Shown here piece by piece: positions 1 to 8,690 of a stretch of DNA of 64,000 nucleotides (the stretch's first letter is position 1; each line of letters starts with the position of its first letter). The position numbers and the translations under genes were made by a program. Origin of the DNA: Geopsychrobacteraceae bacterium (GTDB taxonomy: Bacteria > Desulfobacterota > Desulfuromonadia > Desulfuromonadales > Geopsychrobacteraceae); contig CAXXTB010000001.1 in the NCBI GenBank assembly GCA_963676795.2, positions 768,001 through 832,000 on the forward strand. Reading direction: 5' to 3'. The notes beneath the pieces are model-generated. The model worked only from the letters and a program-made list of their open reading frames with translations. It did not search any database and was not told the origin of the DNA.

Positions 1-178
1 CGCCGGCCATGATTTCCATCAGTTCTTTGGCGTCGGTGCCGAATTCGTAATCTCCCGGCATCATGATACCGAGGGTTTTCCTGGTGCCGTCGGCGAAAAC
101 AACGGTACGGCTGGTCACTTTGCCGTCGAAATAGATGTTGGCCTTCTTTACAACTGTAACATTGGTAAATGTCGACAT
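1..178 (-). CDS. ppnP: Pyrimidine/purine nucleoside phosphorylase PpnP (YaiE/DUF1255), 3' end runs off the window
   Basis: Manual translation [59 protein letters not shown]; the NxYFDGKVxS and KTLG.M.PG.YEFGT motifs are typical. ATG at 178 with AAGGA upstream. Confidence 0.85.
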   Translation of the reverse strand, partial: MSTFTNVTVVKKANIYFDGKVTSRTVVFADGTRKTLGIMMPGDYEFGTDAKELMEIMAG

Positions 179-254
179 AACGGATCCTTTAAAAAAATGT
201 GCGATGAGAAAAAAATCTGTATAGCCTTATCCGCAGCTTTAAGCAAGTGTTCTG

Positions 255-2123
255 CTAGCCCTGTGTCCCGTTCGACTCTTTCTGGCTTAGCAGCTGTTCG
301 ACCGCTTCTTCCCGCCGTTTCCCCTCGGCCCGTGGCCCTTGCAGGTAGATCAGGGTCCATTTGTTCTTCGGTTCAAAGGTCTGTTCGTTGTCGCTGTAGA
401 CATAGACTTTTTTCTTCTCGTCGATAGCAAACAGGGGGAGCGCTGCCTTGCCGTGTTTATTCAGAAACTCCTCGTAGCCGAACTGTTCGGTCAGTTTGGT
501 CGAGTGGATCTGTGCCCCTTGTGCCAGGGCAAGGGAGAGCGAACTGAAAGTGACGTTCGGGCCGAAGAGGATCTGCCCCTGGTTCTGGCGCGGCATTTTC
601 CTGCGTTCGGAGATCATTTCCTGCTGCTTGGTCTGGAGAATAAAAAGATTGCTGCGGCCAAGATCCAGACGGTAATGCATCAGCGCCGAGACGTTCATAT
701 CTTCATAAGCGGCCATGGCCAGCAGCCGGCCGATCCCCGACATGTCGAGGTGCCACTCGGCGTGCTCCGAGTAGGCATTGCCGTAATAGGTCGGCAGGCC
801 GATGATCTTGGCTTTGGAGACGTTGTCCCAGGAGGTGTCTGCGAGCATGACGCGTACACCGTTTTCCATCAGAGACCATGAAATCGCGCGGGCAACCTGA
901 TTGGCGCCGATGATCAGAAACCCCTTGGGGTCAGGTTCGGCGACCCCGAGCCAGCGTGCCAGCGGACGGGCTGTCAAACTCTGGACGACGACCGTGGCGA
1001 TGATGACGAAAAAGGTCAGTGGCACGATCAGGGCGGCATCACTATAGCCGGCATTCTCGAGCTGAACGGCAAACAGGGCGGAGATCGCAGCGGCGACTAT
1101 GCCGCGCGGGGCGATCCAGGCCAGCAGGTTACGCTCCGGCCAGCTCAGTGAGGAGCCGGCTGCAGAGACCATGATATTCAGCGGCCGGGCGAGGAACTGG
1201 ATGGCAATGAAGAGCAGAATGGTCCGCCAGCCCAGATTCATCAGCGCCGTGAGGTCGAGGCGGGCGGCGAGCATGATAAAGAGCAGGGAGATCAGCAGCA
1301 CACTGATGCTTTCCTTGAAGTTGAGGATCTCTTCCATGTCGAGATCTTCGGTATTGGCCAGCCAGATCCCCATCACCGTGACTGTGACCAGACCTGATTC
1401 GGGCTGCAGTTGATTGGACAGGATATAGGCGATGACGACCAGTGCCAGGGTGGCAACGTTATGGAGGAACTCAGGAAGCCAGTGCTTCCTGAGCACCTCG
1501 CCGAACAGGTAAGCGCAGACGGCGCCAATGACGGCACCGACCAGGATCAGCTTGGCAAAGGTCAGGGCACTGTGACCAAACCCGGCTTCGGCCCCACCCG
1601 AGATAATGAATTCGTAGACCAGAACAGCCAGCGATGCGCCGATCGGATCGATGACGATCCCTTCCCAACGCAGGATGTTGGCGATCGATGAGGTCGGGCG
1701 TACGGTGCGTAATAAGGGGGCGATGACCGTCGGTCCGCTGACGACGGTGATGGCGCCGAAGAGCAGGGCGATCTGCCATGAGAGGTCGATCGCGTAGCGG
1801 GCGGCAATCGAAGTGATCAGCCAGGTCACCAGCATGCCGATCGAGACCATGTTGCGGACAACCTTTTGCAGGCCACTAATTTCGCGGAACCTGAGGGTCA
1901 GGCTTCCTTCAAAGAGAATGATTGCGACCGAGAGCGAGACGTAGGGGAAGAACAGGTCGCCAAGCAACAGCTCGGGGTCAAGCAGGCCGCTCACCGGTCC
2001 GATCAGAATGCCGGCAATGAGCAGAAAGATAATCGCCGGCAGGCGCACACGCCAGGCGAGCCACTGACAGAAGATGCACAAGGCCAGAGCTATGGCGATG
2101 AAGATGGTCGGGGTGGTTTCCAT
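255..2123 (-). CDS. Cation:proton antiporter (CPA1/NhaP family) with C-terminal RCK/TrkA-N-like domain
   Basis: Multi-TM protein with ILFEG, SGPTV, EGIVIDP and APRGIVAAA motifs, then IIGAN Rossmann-like domain. ATG 2123 follows AGGAGG. Confidence 0.9.
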   Translation of the reverse strand: METTPTIFIAIALALCIFCQWLAWRVRLPAIIFLLIAGILIGPVSGLLDPELLLGDLFFPYVSLSVAIILFEGSLTLRFREISGLQKVVRNMVSIGMLVTWLITSIAARYAIDLSWQIALLFGAITVVSGPTVIAPLLRTVRPTSSIANILRWEGIVIDPIGASLAVLVYEFIISGGAEAGFGHSALTFAKLILVGAVIGAVCAYLFGEVLRKHWLPEFLHNVATLALVVIAYILSNQLQPESGLVTVTVMGIWLANTEDLDMEEILNFKESISVLLISLLFIMLAARLDLTALMNLGWRTILLFIAIQFLARPLNIMVSAAGSSLSWPERNLLAWIAPRGIVAAAISALFAVQLENAGYSDAALIVPLTFFVIIATVVVQSLTARPLARWLGVAEPDPKGFLIIGANQVARAISWSLMENGVRVMLADTSWDNVSKAKIIGLPTYYGNAYSEHAEWHLDMSGIGRLLAMAAYEDMNVSALMHYRLDLGRSNLFILQTKQQEMISERRKMPRQNQGQILFGPNVTFSSLSLALAQGAQIHSTKLTEQFGYEEFLNKHGKAALPLFAIDEKKKVYVYSDNEQTFEPKNKWTLIYLQGPRAEGKRREEAVEQLLSQKESNGTQG

Positions 2124-2285
2124 AGTCCTCCTGGGTGAAAAAACGATCTGGAGCAGGTTTAATGAGTCTGTCCGGCTTCGCTTTACTTTAGTGAAATATG
2201 TCGATCCGGACAAGGGGAGCTTGGCTTTTCAGTGGTGACAGCGATCTGTAATATTGTGCCCCAAAAGGCTGAATCAGCCAGTTCA

Positions 2286-3359
2286 TCAGCGCATTCTTCT
2301 GCGCTCATGCCCGTTCAGATGGGCGGTTTTGCCATTCTGTCTGCTGTGTTCGTCGATATCCGCATAGTGGGTTGTTCTGTTGCGTCCACCAGCCTTGGAT
2401 TTATACAGTGCGCTATCCGTATGGATGAAGCATTCCTCGATACTGTTGTTCTCCAGTTCCTCTGGCGTATTGATTGTCTCGATGCCGGCAGAGATACTGA
2501 GCGGTTCATTGTTTCTGCCGGGATTCGGGATGTTCTGCCGGTACATCTTGACTCTGAATTCATCGACCAGGCTGATCGACTGTTCTTTGGTGGTCATCGG
2601 CAGAATCAGGGCGAACTCCTCCCCTCCGTAGCGGCAGATGGAATCCCCGGCTCTTTTGAAAGATTCCTCCAAGCTGCGGGCCAGGCAGATCAGAATCCTG
2701 TCACCGGCCTTATGTCCCAGGGTGTCGTTAAAGCTTTTGAACCAGTCGATGTCGATCAAGGCGAAGCTCAGGGGGACATGCAGGCGCATGGCCCGACGCC
2801 ATTCCAGACTGGACTGTTCATCCAGGTAGCGGCGGTTAAACAGCTGGGTCAGGGGATCGCGGATGCTCAGGGTGCGTAAGGTCAGGTATTCTTCGATGAG
2901 CCGGACGTAGTCGTTGAGGGTATCGAGTGTCTCCCTGTCCGGGATCTCGCTCTCGCGGTCAAAAAACAGGGATAACACGCCGATAAGCTGCTTGTCCCTG
3001 TTGAATGCAGGAAGTCCGAGATAGCTGCGGACAGCGAGCTTGGCCAAGGCCGGGCTCTCCATGTTGAACTCTGCCGTCAGGTGCGACAGAACGACCGGTT
3101 GACTGTTTTTGATGACTGCAGAACAGCCGGGGCTTCCTGTACAGCTCTGGTGAAAATCGATGCCGTATCCGGCCAGGATTGCCGTACCGGAGCGGACAGG
3201 GATTGTGAAAGCCGTGGCTGTTGCATTGATAAACAGCCCAGCCAGTTTGACGAGCCGGTAAAGGGTGTCATCGCGGGAATCAACCTTCAGGCCAAAACGT
3301 TCCATAGCGATCCGGCGTACATCATATGCTTCACTAACTGAGCCGAAATCGCGAACCAT
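2286..3359 (-). CDS. GAF-sensor diguanylate cyclase (GGDEF domain)
   Basis: RDPLTQLFNRR, DIDWFKSFNDTLGHKAGD, I-site RAGD, GGEEF. N-terminal GAF-like region (VRSYLGLP). RBS AAGGAGG before ATG 3359. Confidence 0.92.
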   Translation of the reverse strand: MVRDFGSVSEAYDVRRIAMERFGLKVDSRDDTLYRLVKLAGLFINATATAFTIPVRSGTAILAGYGIDFHQSCTGSPGCSAVIKNSQPVVLSHLTAEFNMESPALAKLAVRSYLGLPAFNRDKQLIGVLSLFFDRESEIPDRETLDTLNDYVRLIEEYLTLRTLSIRDPLTQLFNRRYLDEQSSLEWRRAMRLHVPLSFALIDIDWFKSFNDTLGHKAGDRILICLARSLEESFKRAGDSICRYGGEEFALILPMTTKEQSISLVDEFRVKMYRQNIPNPGRNNEPLSISAGIETINTPEELENNSIEECFIHTDSALYKSKAGGRNRTTHYADIDEHSRQNGKTAHLNGHERRRMR

Positions 3360-3570
3360 GAAACCTCCTTTGTGACGTCGCTCCGCGGCAGAGAAGACGC
3401 TGTTTTCGCAAATGAGATAAATCAAGTCTACATCAAAGTGACCGCTGGTGCTTGGCTGCGCGGTCAATAATTTCAGTTTCTGGTTCTGTCCGGGCGCAGC
3501 GTTTTGGCTGAGGAGTTTTGTTCTGATGTGATGGCAGTCACAGCTTGGTGAAAATGATTTTCAAAAGGCA

Positions 3571-3599
3571 TTGACACCTGGAGACTGTACAGCTAAGGT
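3571..3599 (+). promoter_or_regulatory. Sigma70-type promoter for the HD-GYP operon
   Basis: TTGACA (3571-3576), 17-bp spacer, TAAGGT (3594-3599). Confidence 0.6.
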
Positions 3600-3636
3600 G
3601 CCGGGAAATAATCGAAAGCTTAAACAACTGACAGGG

Positions 3637-3676
3637 GCCGGGTCTATGCAATTGTGCAAAAGGACCGGCTTTTTTT
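3637..3676 (+). terminator. Intrinsic terminator within the leader of the HD-GYP gene (possible attenuator or end of an sRNA)
   Basis: GCCGGGTCTATGCA-attg-TGCAAAAGGACCGGC hairpin followed by 7 T, lying between the promoter and the start codon. Confidence 0.6.
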
Positions 3677-3725
3677 GTAATGAATCGACATTGGCTGTTG
3701 CATGCTCCGAAATAAGGGGCGAGAA

Positions 3726-4418
3726 GTGGAAAAATACATGTTGTTGTGCAATTTGGACGTTAATGATTTGCTCCATCAGGGTGCTGTTTCGCCAGCACCT
3801 GTCGGAGCTCTCTGCCTGGCGGGGTGTGACTCCCTGCATCAATTGTCGGAATCTTTGGGCCATGCCGTGGATGCCAAGGATCCACAGACCGCAAACCATT
3901 CCAGGGAAGTTGCTCATTTTAGTGTGCTGCTGGCAGGTCGGTTGGGATTGCCGGACACAACAGTGAATGTCATTCATATTGCCGGACACCTCCACGATAT
4001 CGGTAAGATCGGTATTCCTGATGCGATATTGCAAAAGCAGGGCAAGTTGACGGAGGAGGAGTGGCTATGGGTCAAAAAGCATCCTGATATCGGGGCCAAA
4101 ATCCTCAGCCCGGTGAGGCAGTTCAGTGTTTCCGGAGGCGTTAGTGATCTTGTCCGTCATCACCACGAGAGGTTCGACGGATGCGGCTATCCTTGTGGTC
4201 TGAAGGGCGAGGAGATACCTCTCGGAGCGCGTATCATCGCCGTTGCTGACAGCTTGTCAGCGCTGATGCAGAATCGGCCCTATCGGCAGGGAGCGGCGTT
4301 TGAAGAGGCTCTGGCGGAAATTCAGCGTTGCTCTGGAAGCCAGTTTGATCCGCAGGTTGTCAAGGCGCTGGTGCTGAGTCGCACTGAGTTGATGGCGATA
4401 TGTATCTCCACCCTGTAG
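3726..4418 (+). CDS. HD-GYP cyclic dinucleotide phosphodiesterase
   Basis: AKDPQTANHS, HDIGKIG, HHERFDGCGYP, IIAVADS, RPYR and FDP motifs. Start is GTG 3726 or ATG 3738. Confidence 0.92.
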   Translation: MEKYMLLCNLDVNDLLHQGAVSPAPVGALCLAGCDSLHQLSESLGHAVDAKDPQTANHSREVAHFSVLLAGRLGLPDTTVNVIHIAGHLHDIGKIGIPDAILQKQGKLTEEEWLWVKKHPDIGAKILSPVRQFSVSGGVSDLVRHHHERFDGCGYPCGLKGEEIPLGARIIAVADSLSALMQNRPYRQGAAFEEALAEIQRCSGSQFDPQVVKALVLSRTELMAICISTL

Positions 4419-4441
4419 AGAGCGGTTGAACACCTGGAGTT

Positions 4442-4867
4442 ATGATGAAGATGAATGGACAGCAGCAAAAAGTGGAAATTGGCAGATCGATCAGGAGTGT
4501 CGATCTCTACGAATTGTCACAGCGGGGCATGAGTTACCTGCGGCATAGCCGCGAAAAGGGGATTCTGGGGCTTGAAAGGCTTGTTCAGGCGGAGGAAGTG
4601 GATCTGTTTCGCGATGCCCTGGAGATGTTGATTGATGGTTGCAGTGAGGAAGAGGCAAAGCGCTTTCTCAGTGTTAGCCGGGAACAGACTTTGCGCCATC
4701 TTCTGGTCATTTATGATCTGATCGAGGATCTGGTGTCGTCGATCAGTCGCAGTGAGAACTGTTATCTGGTTGCCAAAAGAACCAAGCTCTATCTGCGTGG
4801 TGATGATGCAGATAGAGCTTTCAACTGTCAGTGTGACAACCGGGCATGTACGGCTGCAGAAAGCTGA
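4442..4867 (+). CDS. Soluble protein resembling only the cytoplasmic segments of the flagellar stator MotA
   Basis: SREKGILGLE...DLFRDALEMLIDG matches the MotA loop, and LIEDLVSSISRSEN...KLYL matches the MotA C-terminal tail. No TM helices. GGAG RBS, 23 bp after the HD-GYP stop. Confidence 0.65.
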   Translation: MMKMNGQQQKVEIGRSIRSVDLYELSQRGMSYLRHSREKGILGLERLVQAEEVDLFRDALEMLIDGCSEEEAKRFLSVSREQTLRHLLVIYDLIEDLVSSISRSENCYLVAKRTKLYLRGDDADRAFNCQCDNRACTAAES

Positions 4868-4873
4868 TTCCGC

Positions 4874-5761
4874 TCAGCGTTGCAGCAGGAACTTGCCAGC
4901 CCAGTTCTTGGAAAACTGCATGGCGGTCCGGCCGCAGCGTTTGGTTTTCTGATGTGACCATTTGATGGCCGCCTGCTGCAGGTCGTCATCAAAGGGGATC
5001 TCCTTGCCGTATTCCTTGCTCAAGCGCTCAATGCAGAGCCTGACCGCTTCCAGATAGCGATCCTGGGAAAAGACATGGAAAGCGACCCAGAGGCCGAAGC
5101 GGTCGGAGAGGGAACTCTTCTCCTCCTGCAGTTCGCTCTGCTGCAGCTCGCCTTTGACATACTTGCCGCCGATCTCGTCCCGTTCATATTCCGGCAGCAG
5201 ATAACGACGGTTGGAAGTGACATAGATCAGCACGTTTTCCGGTGGCGAGTAGACCGAGCCGTCGAGGGCGCTCTTGAGCATCTTGTAGGAGAGCTCGCCC
5301 ATCTCGAAGGAGAGGTCGTCGCAGAGCATGATGAAGCGATAGGGTTCATGCTCGACCAGCGAGAAGATCTCGGAGATATAGATCAGGTCTTCCTTTTCGA
5401 CCTGAATGATCCGCAACCCTTCGCCGGCATATTCGTTGAGCAGCGCCTTGACGATCGAGGATTTTCCGGTCCCGCGTGATCCCCAGAGCAGGGCGTTGTT
5501 GGCAGGCAGCCCCTTGATGAACTGGCGGGTGTTCTCGATCATGACCTGTTTCTGTTCTTCGATGCCGAGCAGTTCGTTGAGCTGGATCTTGACGGTCAGC
5601 TTGACTGGTTCCAGGTAGCCGGAGAAGGAATGGCGGCGCCAGTTGGCCGCATGACAGCCGCTCCAGTCGATCGGTTTGACCGGTTTGGGCAGGAGCATTT
5701 CGACAGAGCTCAATACGCGCTCGAGTTGAGCGACAACTTCGGGTTTTAAATTGATCATCAT
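4874..5761 (-). CDS. DUF815-family AAA+ ATPase
   Basis: NALLWGSRGTGKSS Walker A, DDLSFE Walker B, YVTSNRR, SLSDRFGL. Confidence 0.88.
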   Translation of the reverse strand: MMINLKPEVVAQLERVLSSVEMLLPKPVKPIDWSGCHAANWRRHSFSGYLEPVKLTVKIQLNELLGIEEQKQVMIENTRQFIKGLPANNALLWGSRGTGKSSIVKALLNEYAGEGLRIIQVEKEDLIYISEIFSLVEHEPYRFIMLCDDLSFEMGELSYKMLKSALDGSVYSPPENVLIYVTSNRRYLLPEYERDEIGGKYVKGELQQSELQEEKSSLSDRFGLWVAFHVFSQDRYLEAVRLCIERLSKEYGKEIPFDDDLQQAAIKWSHQKTKRCGRTAMQFSKNWAGKFLLQR

Positions 5762-5819
5762 AACTTTAACTCACCATCAAACTGAGCAATGTAGAGCTTT
5801 TGAATGTTTCAAGGCTCAT

Positions 5820-6190
5820 TGAAACACCAGAGGTGTTTCTTCGGTTCTGCCCGTTGATGAGCTCGCTCATCTTGGGGCGCGAGTAATTCTGCTGGTGCGT
5901 TGCCACAAAGAAACGCAGGCAACCTGCCGACAATATAAAAGGGCATTTTTTGCTTCCTTTTTGAGGCCCTGGTCAAAAAGGAAGGCGGCGTACGGGGCCG
6001 AGACCCCGTGGTTTCCGTTTTTGGTTTGATTTTGAACTAGTAGAGTCAAAACCGGCGGGGTCCGGCCCGCCAGCCGGGTTCATTTTCTTTGTAGCGACAA
6101 AGAAAACGCAACCAAAAGAAAACGCAACCAAAAGAAAACGCAACCAAAAGAAAACGCAACCAAAAGAAAACGCAACCAAAAGAAAACGCT
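5820..6190. repeat. Intergenic element of multiple hairpins, including two divergently oriented REP-like modules
   Basis: GAAACACC/GGTGTTTC, GATGAGC/GCTCATC, CTTCCTTTTTGA..TCAAAAAGGAAG, CACGGGG-type hairpin, GGCGGG..CCCGCC, TTTTCTTTGT..ACAAAGAAAA. Confidence 0.6.
6101..6189. repeat. 16-bp tandem repeat AGAAAACGCAACCAAA, 5 perfect copies plus a partial copy
   Basis: Units start at 6101, 6117, 6133, 6149 and 6165; partial copy at 6181. Confidence 0.97.
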
Positions 6191-6339
6191 TAAAAACACT
6201 GACGTAAATTGTTTTTGGCGCCCTTCGTTGTTTTTGGGCTGCAACTTTCTTCACGCTCAGACGAGTCGCTTCGCGCAATCGCAAAGCCGGTGTCCGGCTT
6301 GAATGAATGAAACAAGCCTAATAGCAGAACCATAATTGC

Positions 6340-6368
6340 AAAAAGGCGCCCCGTTGGGACGCCTTTTT
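6340..6368 (-). terminator. Intrinsic terminator after dapL (could be bidirectional)
   Basis: AAAAAGGCGCCC-cgtt-GGGACGCCTTTTT. Confidence 0.8.
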
Positions 6369-6381
6369 GATTATTGAAGGG

Positions 6382-7617
6382 TTACTTGCCCCATTTGGCC
6401 TTAATGCGCTCAACGGCCGTTTCGACGTTGCTGCGCTCGCCGAAAGCGGAGAGGCGGAAGTAGCCTTCGCCACTCGGGCCGAAACCGCTGCCCGGGGTGC
6501 CGACGACGTTGCATTCAGCCAGCAGTTTGTCGAAGAAGTCCCAGCTGGTCATCCCTTCAGGGGTCTGCAGCCAGATGTATGGGGAGTCGACACCGCCGTA
6601 GCACTCAATACCGGCAGCTTTGAGCCCTTCGCGGATGATGCGGGCGTTCTCCATGTAGTAGTCGATGGTGGCCTTGACCTGAGCCCACCCTTCGTCAGAG
6701 TAGACGGCGGCAGCGGCACGCTGAACCGGATAGGACGCACCGTTGAACTTGGTGGTGGTGCGGCGTAGCCAGAGCTTGTTGAGGCTGTATTTCTCGCCGC
6801 TGGCGGTGGTGCCCATCAGTTCTTCCGGAACGACCACCAGACCACAACGTACACCGGTGAATCCCGCGGTCTTGGAGAAGGAGCGGAACTCGATGGAACA
6901 TTTTTTGGCCCCTTCGATCTCGTAGATCGAATGCGGAATGTCGGCCGAAGTGATGAACGCCTCGTAGGCAGCATCAAACAGGATGATGGCGTCGTTGGCC
7001 AGGGCGTAGTCGACCCATTTTTTCAGCTCGTTCTTGGTGGCGACGGTGCCGGTCGGGTTGTTCGGGTAACAGAGATAGATGATGTCAACCTTCTGCTTCG
7101 GCAGATCCGGGACGAAGTTGTTGGCTGCGGTGATCGGCATGTAGACGATCCCTTTGTAGTAGCCTTTTTCGTCTGCTTCACCGGTGCGGCCGATCATGAC
7201 GTTGGTATCGTTGTAGACCGGGTAGACCGGGTCGCCGATGGCGACGACATTGTCCTGGCCGAAGATGTCGAGGATGTTGGCGCAGTCACACTTGGAGCCG
7301 TCGGAGATGAACATCTCGCTGGCTTTCAGCTCGACACCAAGCGGTTTGTAGCTCTTTTCGATGATGGCGCTACTCAGCCATTCATAGCCCTGCTCAGGGC
7401 CATAACCGGCAAAGTTGTCCTTGCTGGCCAGGTCGTCGATAGCGTCGTGGAAGGCCTTGAGTACAGCCGGAGCCAGAGGCTGAGTAACGTCGCCGATACC
7501 GAGGCGAATGATCTTGGCTTCCGGATTCGCCGCAGAGAATTCACGGACGCGGCGGCCGATCTCCGGGAACAGGTAACCGGCTTTGAGTTTCAGATAGTTG
7601 TCGTTAATACGAGCCAT
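6382..7617 (-). CDS. dapL: LL-diaminopimelate aminotransferase
   Basis: [65 protein letters not shown]; clustered with dapA and dapB. Confidence 0.96.
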   Translation of the reverse strand: MARINDNYLKLKAGYLFPEIGRRVREFSAANPEAKIIRLGIGDVTQPLAPAVLKAFHDAIDDLASKDNFAGYGPEQGYEWLSSAIIEKSYKPLGVELKASEMFISDGSKCDCANILDIFGQDNVVAIGDPVYPVYNDTNVMIGRTGEADEKGYYKGIVYMPITAANNFVPDLPKQKVDIIYLCYPNNPTGTVATKNELKKWVDYALANDAIILFDAAYEAFITSADIPHSIYEIEGAKKCSIEFRSFSKTAGFTGVRCGLVVVPEELMGTTASGEKYSLNKLWLRRTTTKFNGASYPVQRAAAAVYSDEGWAQVKATIDYYMENARIIREGLKAAGIECYGGVDSPYIWLQTPEGMTSWDFFDKLLAECNVVGTPGSGFGPSGEGYFRLSAFGERSNVETAVERIKAKWGK

Positions 7618-7722
7618 GTGGAAAACCTCCAAAGAGCTTAAGGTTGAAAGTTAAAATATGAAGACAAGTCAGGCGGCTTGCACGCAAACCGCCTGGAAAT
7701 CAATTTATTTACTGCGCTATGC

Positions 7723-7848
7723 TCAGCGGGCTTTGTCCTGAATCCAGTTGCCCAGATTCTCGAAATCCCGGCCGAGTCCGCGAGCTGTTTCGCAACCGCA
7801 CAAAATAAACAGGAGAAGAATCAGACTTAAAGCACAAAGTTTTTTCAT
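7723..7848 (-). CDS. Entericidin EcnA/B-family small lipoprotein (41 aa), not in ORF track
   Basis: MKKLCALSLILLLFILCGCETARGLGRDFENLGNWIQDKAR: lipobox followed by CxTxxGxGxD; GGAGG RBS; hairpin CAGGCGG..CCGCCTG downstream. Confidence 0.85.
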   Translation of the reverse strand: MKKLCALSLILLLFILCGCETARGLGRDFENLGNWIQDKAR

Positions 7849-7869
7849 GCAATCCTCCCTGGCAGTGAC

Positions 7870-8670
7870 TTAGTTCAGGCCGAGAACATCCTGCATGTCG
7901 TAGAGCCCGGGTTGTTTATCGGCAATCCACAGGCAAGCGCGCACGGCGCCGCGGGCGAACATGTCACGGCTCATCGCCCGGTGGCTGATCTCGATCCGTT
8001 CGCCCATGCCGATGAAGTAGACGGTATGCTCGCCAACGATGTCGCCACCGCGGACGGTCTGCATGCCGATCTCTTCCTTGGTCCGGGCGCCGCACATTCC
8101 TTCGCGGTGAAAGTTGGCGACTTCGTTGTAATTGCGGCCCAGGGCATCGGCGACAACCTCGCCCATGCGCACCGCGGTGCCGGACGGCGAGTCCTTTTTC
8201 TTGTTGTGGTGCAACTCGACGATTTCGACGTCGAAATCGTTACCGAGAATCTTGGCCGTCTCCTTGAGCAGTTTGAAACAGGCGTTGACGCCGACGCTCA
8301 TGTTCGGCGCCAGAACCACCGGAATCTGTTCCGCGAATTTCTCCGCCTTGGCCTTCTGCTCGGGAGTAAAGCCGGTCGAGCCGCTGACGATCATCTTCCC
8401 CGCGCGGGCGCAGATCTCCAGGTTGATCAGGGTGACGTCCGGGAAGGTGAAGTCGATCAGCACGTCGGCTTCTTTCATCACCTCGGCAAGGTTGTCCGAG
8501 ATCTTGACGCCGAGTTCGCCGACCCCGGCGATCAGGCCGGCGTCCATGCCGATCTGCGGATGGCCGGCAACTTCCACCGCACCACTGAGTTTCAATCCGT
8601 CTGTTTCGTGGACCGCGTGAATCAGGCGGCCGCCCATGCGGCCGGCGGCGCCGACAATAGCTACTTTCAT
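7870..8670 (-). CDS. dapB: 4-hydroxy-tetrahydrodipicolinate reductase
   Basis: GAAGRMG, IDFT, GSTG, APNMSVG, ELHHNKKKDSPSGTA, GDIVGEH. Confidence 0.97.
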   Translation of the reverse strand: MKVAIVGAAGRMGGRLIHAVHETDGLKLSGAVEVAGHPQIGMDAGLIAGVGELGVKISDNLAEVMKEADVLIDFTFPDVTLINLEICARAGKMIVSGSTGFTPEQKAKAEKFAEQIPVVLAPNMSVGVNACFKLLKETAKILGNDFDVEIVELHHNKKKDSPSGTAVRMGEVVADALGRNYNEVANFHREGMCGARTKEEIGMQTVRGGDIVGEHTVYFIGMGERIEISHRAMSRDMFARGAVRACLWIADKQPGLYDMQDVLGLN

Positions 8671-8690
8671 AGTCTGTCTCTCCCGTGACT

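Noticed and set aside
2286..3359. Hypr-type GGDEF (3',3'-cGAMP synthase)
   Set aside because: The base-specificity position is Asp (GHKAGD), as in ordinary diguanylate cyclases.
3600..3700. GEMM-I c-di-GMP/cGAMP riboswitch
   Set aside because: No GYAAAC..GGGACG.AAAGCC core or two-hairpin layout is visible.
6101..6189. CRISPR array
   Set aside because: The units are 16 bp and contiguous, with no spacers and no cas genes.
5973..6284. 103-aa ORF with a repeated hydrophobic peptide
   Set aside because: It is the translation of the 16-bp tandem repeat, with no RBS or family features.
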